A stretch of 64,000 nucleotides of DNA from Octopus bimaculoides (lineage: Eukaryota), in assembly GCF_001194135.2 (NCBI RefSeq), contig NC_068999.1:51981315-52045314 (forward strand), written 5' to 3'. A program made the position numbers and the translations under genes. Within the stretch, counting starts at the first letter, position 1. Every line of letters starts with the position of its first letter. Shown one piece after another: positions 63,078-64,000 of the stretch. A model generated the notes under the pieces. The model worked only from the letters and a program-made list of their open reading frames with translations. It did no database searches and was not told where the DNA came from.

Positions 63078-63570
63078 ATTTTCCAATTCGCCAACAGGAA
63101 CTTATCCCTATGTTTACATCTGCAGATCATTTTGGATCTGGAATTCAGCAGTGTAGTGAAGTTCTTAGATCTGAAACAGGTCTGTGTTCTTTCAATTACA
63201 CATGGCTTACGATTTTTTTCATCCATTGCCATATGCTGTGAACTATCCAACTATTTTCCACTTAACCATATGTGGAGTAGCGTTACACTTAAAACAACGT
63301 AGTGGTTAGTACAGTGATTTTTGGAGTCACTTTCACATAGCCTGGTGTAGCTCTTTTTGGTATTATTATCATCAAGCATTGCTGTGATTTCTGCCTCATA
63401 TATGACAGATTTAATCATGCACCCCTGGTCGAGTAGACAGGTTCTTGCGTCTCCACAGTTACAACTAGGAGCAGGCACTTGGTGGTGTTTGCATCTGATA
63501 ACGCTTTATTGAATATAATATTAATATGATAAGGTGAAACTGAAGATACTATATTGTCAAAACAGAAGAT
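63078..63570 (-). mobile_element. Penelope-like element relic: GIY-YIG endonuclease region and C-terminus
   Basis: Broken frames give CNC...CLLDQGCMIKSVIYEAEIT...KKSYTRLCESDSKNHCTNH...TLLHIW, then WKIV...AYGNG and LLNSRSKMICRCKHRDKFLLAN. These match the PLE CNC/VIY/Y.G..E/LLN.RSE...CRH..K.LL pattern. Confidence 0.8.
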
Positions 63571-63941
63571 TAGTCAACAATTTTGACCTACCTGAGACCA
63601 TCTCTGGGTTTATATAAAAACTCTCATTTTGAAGTCATCATCATCATCGTTTAACGTCCGCCTTCCATGCTAGCATGGGTTGGACGATTTGACTGAGGAC
63701 TGGCGAACCAGAAGGCTGCACCAGGCTCCAATCTGATCTGGCAGAGTTTCTACAGCAGGATGCTCTTCCTAACGCCAACCACTCTGAGAGTGTAGTGGGT
63801 GCTTTTACGTGCCACCGGCACAAGAGCCAGTCAGGCAGTACTGGTAAAGGCCACGCTCAAATGGTGTTTTTTACGTACCACCTGCACAGGAGCCAAATAT
63901 ATATATATATATGTGTGTGTGTGTATATATATATATATGTG

Positions 63942-63978
<37 letters not shown>

Positions 63979-64000
63979 ATGTATATATATATATATATAT

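Noticed and set aside
1-64000. CRISPR arrays, rRNA genes or prokaryote-type operons
   Set aside because: None were seen. The sequence is eukaryotic, and its repeats lack constant-repeat/unique-spacer structure.

Overview
This is AT-rich animal genomic DNA dense in microsatellites and SINEs, with about 4 kb of N gaps. The repeat families suggest a coleoid cephalopod such as Octopus, which is an inference. One protein-coding gene is clear: a serpin with a large coding exon at 58378-59439 (+), an inhibitory-type hinge and a predicted P1-P1' of Leu-Ser. A signal-peptide exon at 53427-53496 splices in frame onto it. Two TATA-box/donor pairs (about 50.3 kb and 57.1 kb) suggest secreted and cytosolic isoforms from alternative promoters. 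An inverted, frameshifted, truncated copy of the serpin lies 2.2 kb downstream (61604-62042, -). A full-length but inactivated U2 snRNA copy sits at 49026-49210. The rest is mostly transposon debris: tRNA-derived SINEs, RTE and RLE-type LINE relics, and mariner, hAT and piggyBac-type MITEs. The most striking unexplained structure is a set of fold-back (inverted-duplicated) elements. Several carry minimal type-I hammerhead ribozyme motifs in unrelated flanking sequence (17.0, 24.3/24.7, 31.1 and 49.5 kb, and possibly 60.7 and 4.5 kb). A Penelope-like GIY-YIG endonuclease relic at 62.9-63.6 kb ends in a near-perfect 85-bp hairpin. One unit combines a tRNA-SINE head with two inverted hammerhead tails inside a 13-bp target-site duplication. 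Two isolated candidate exons (29315-29382 and 45300-45395) could not be assigned to a gene.
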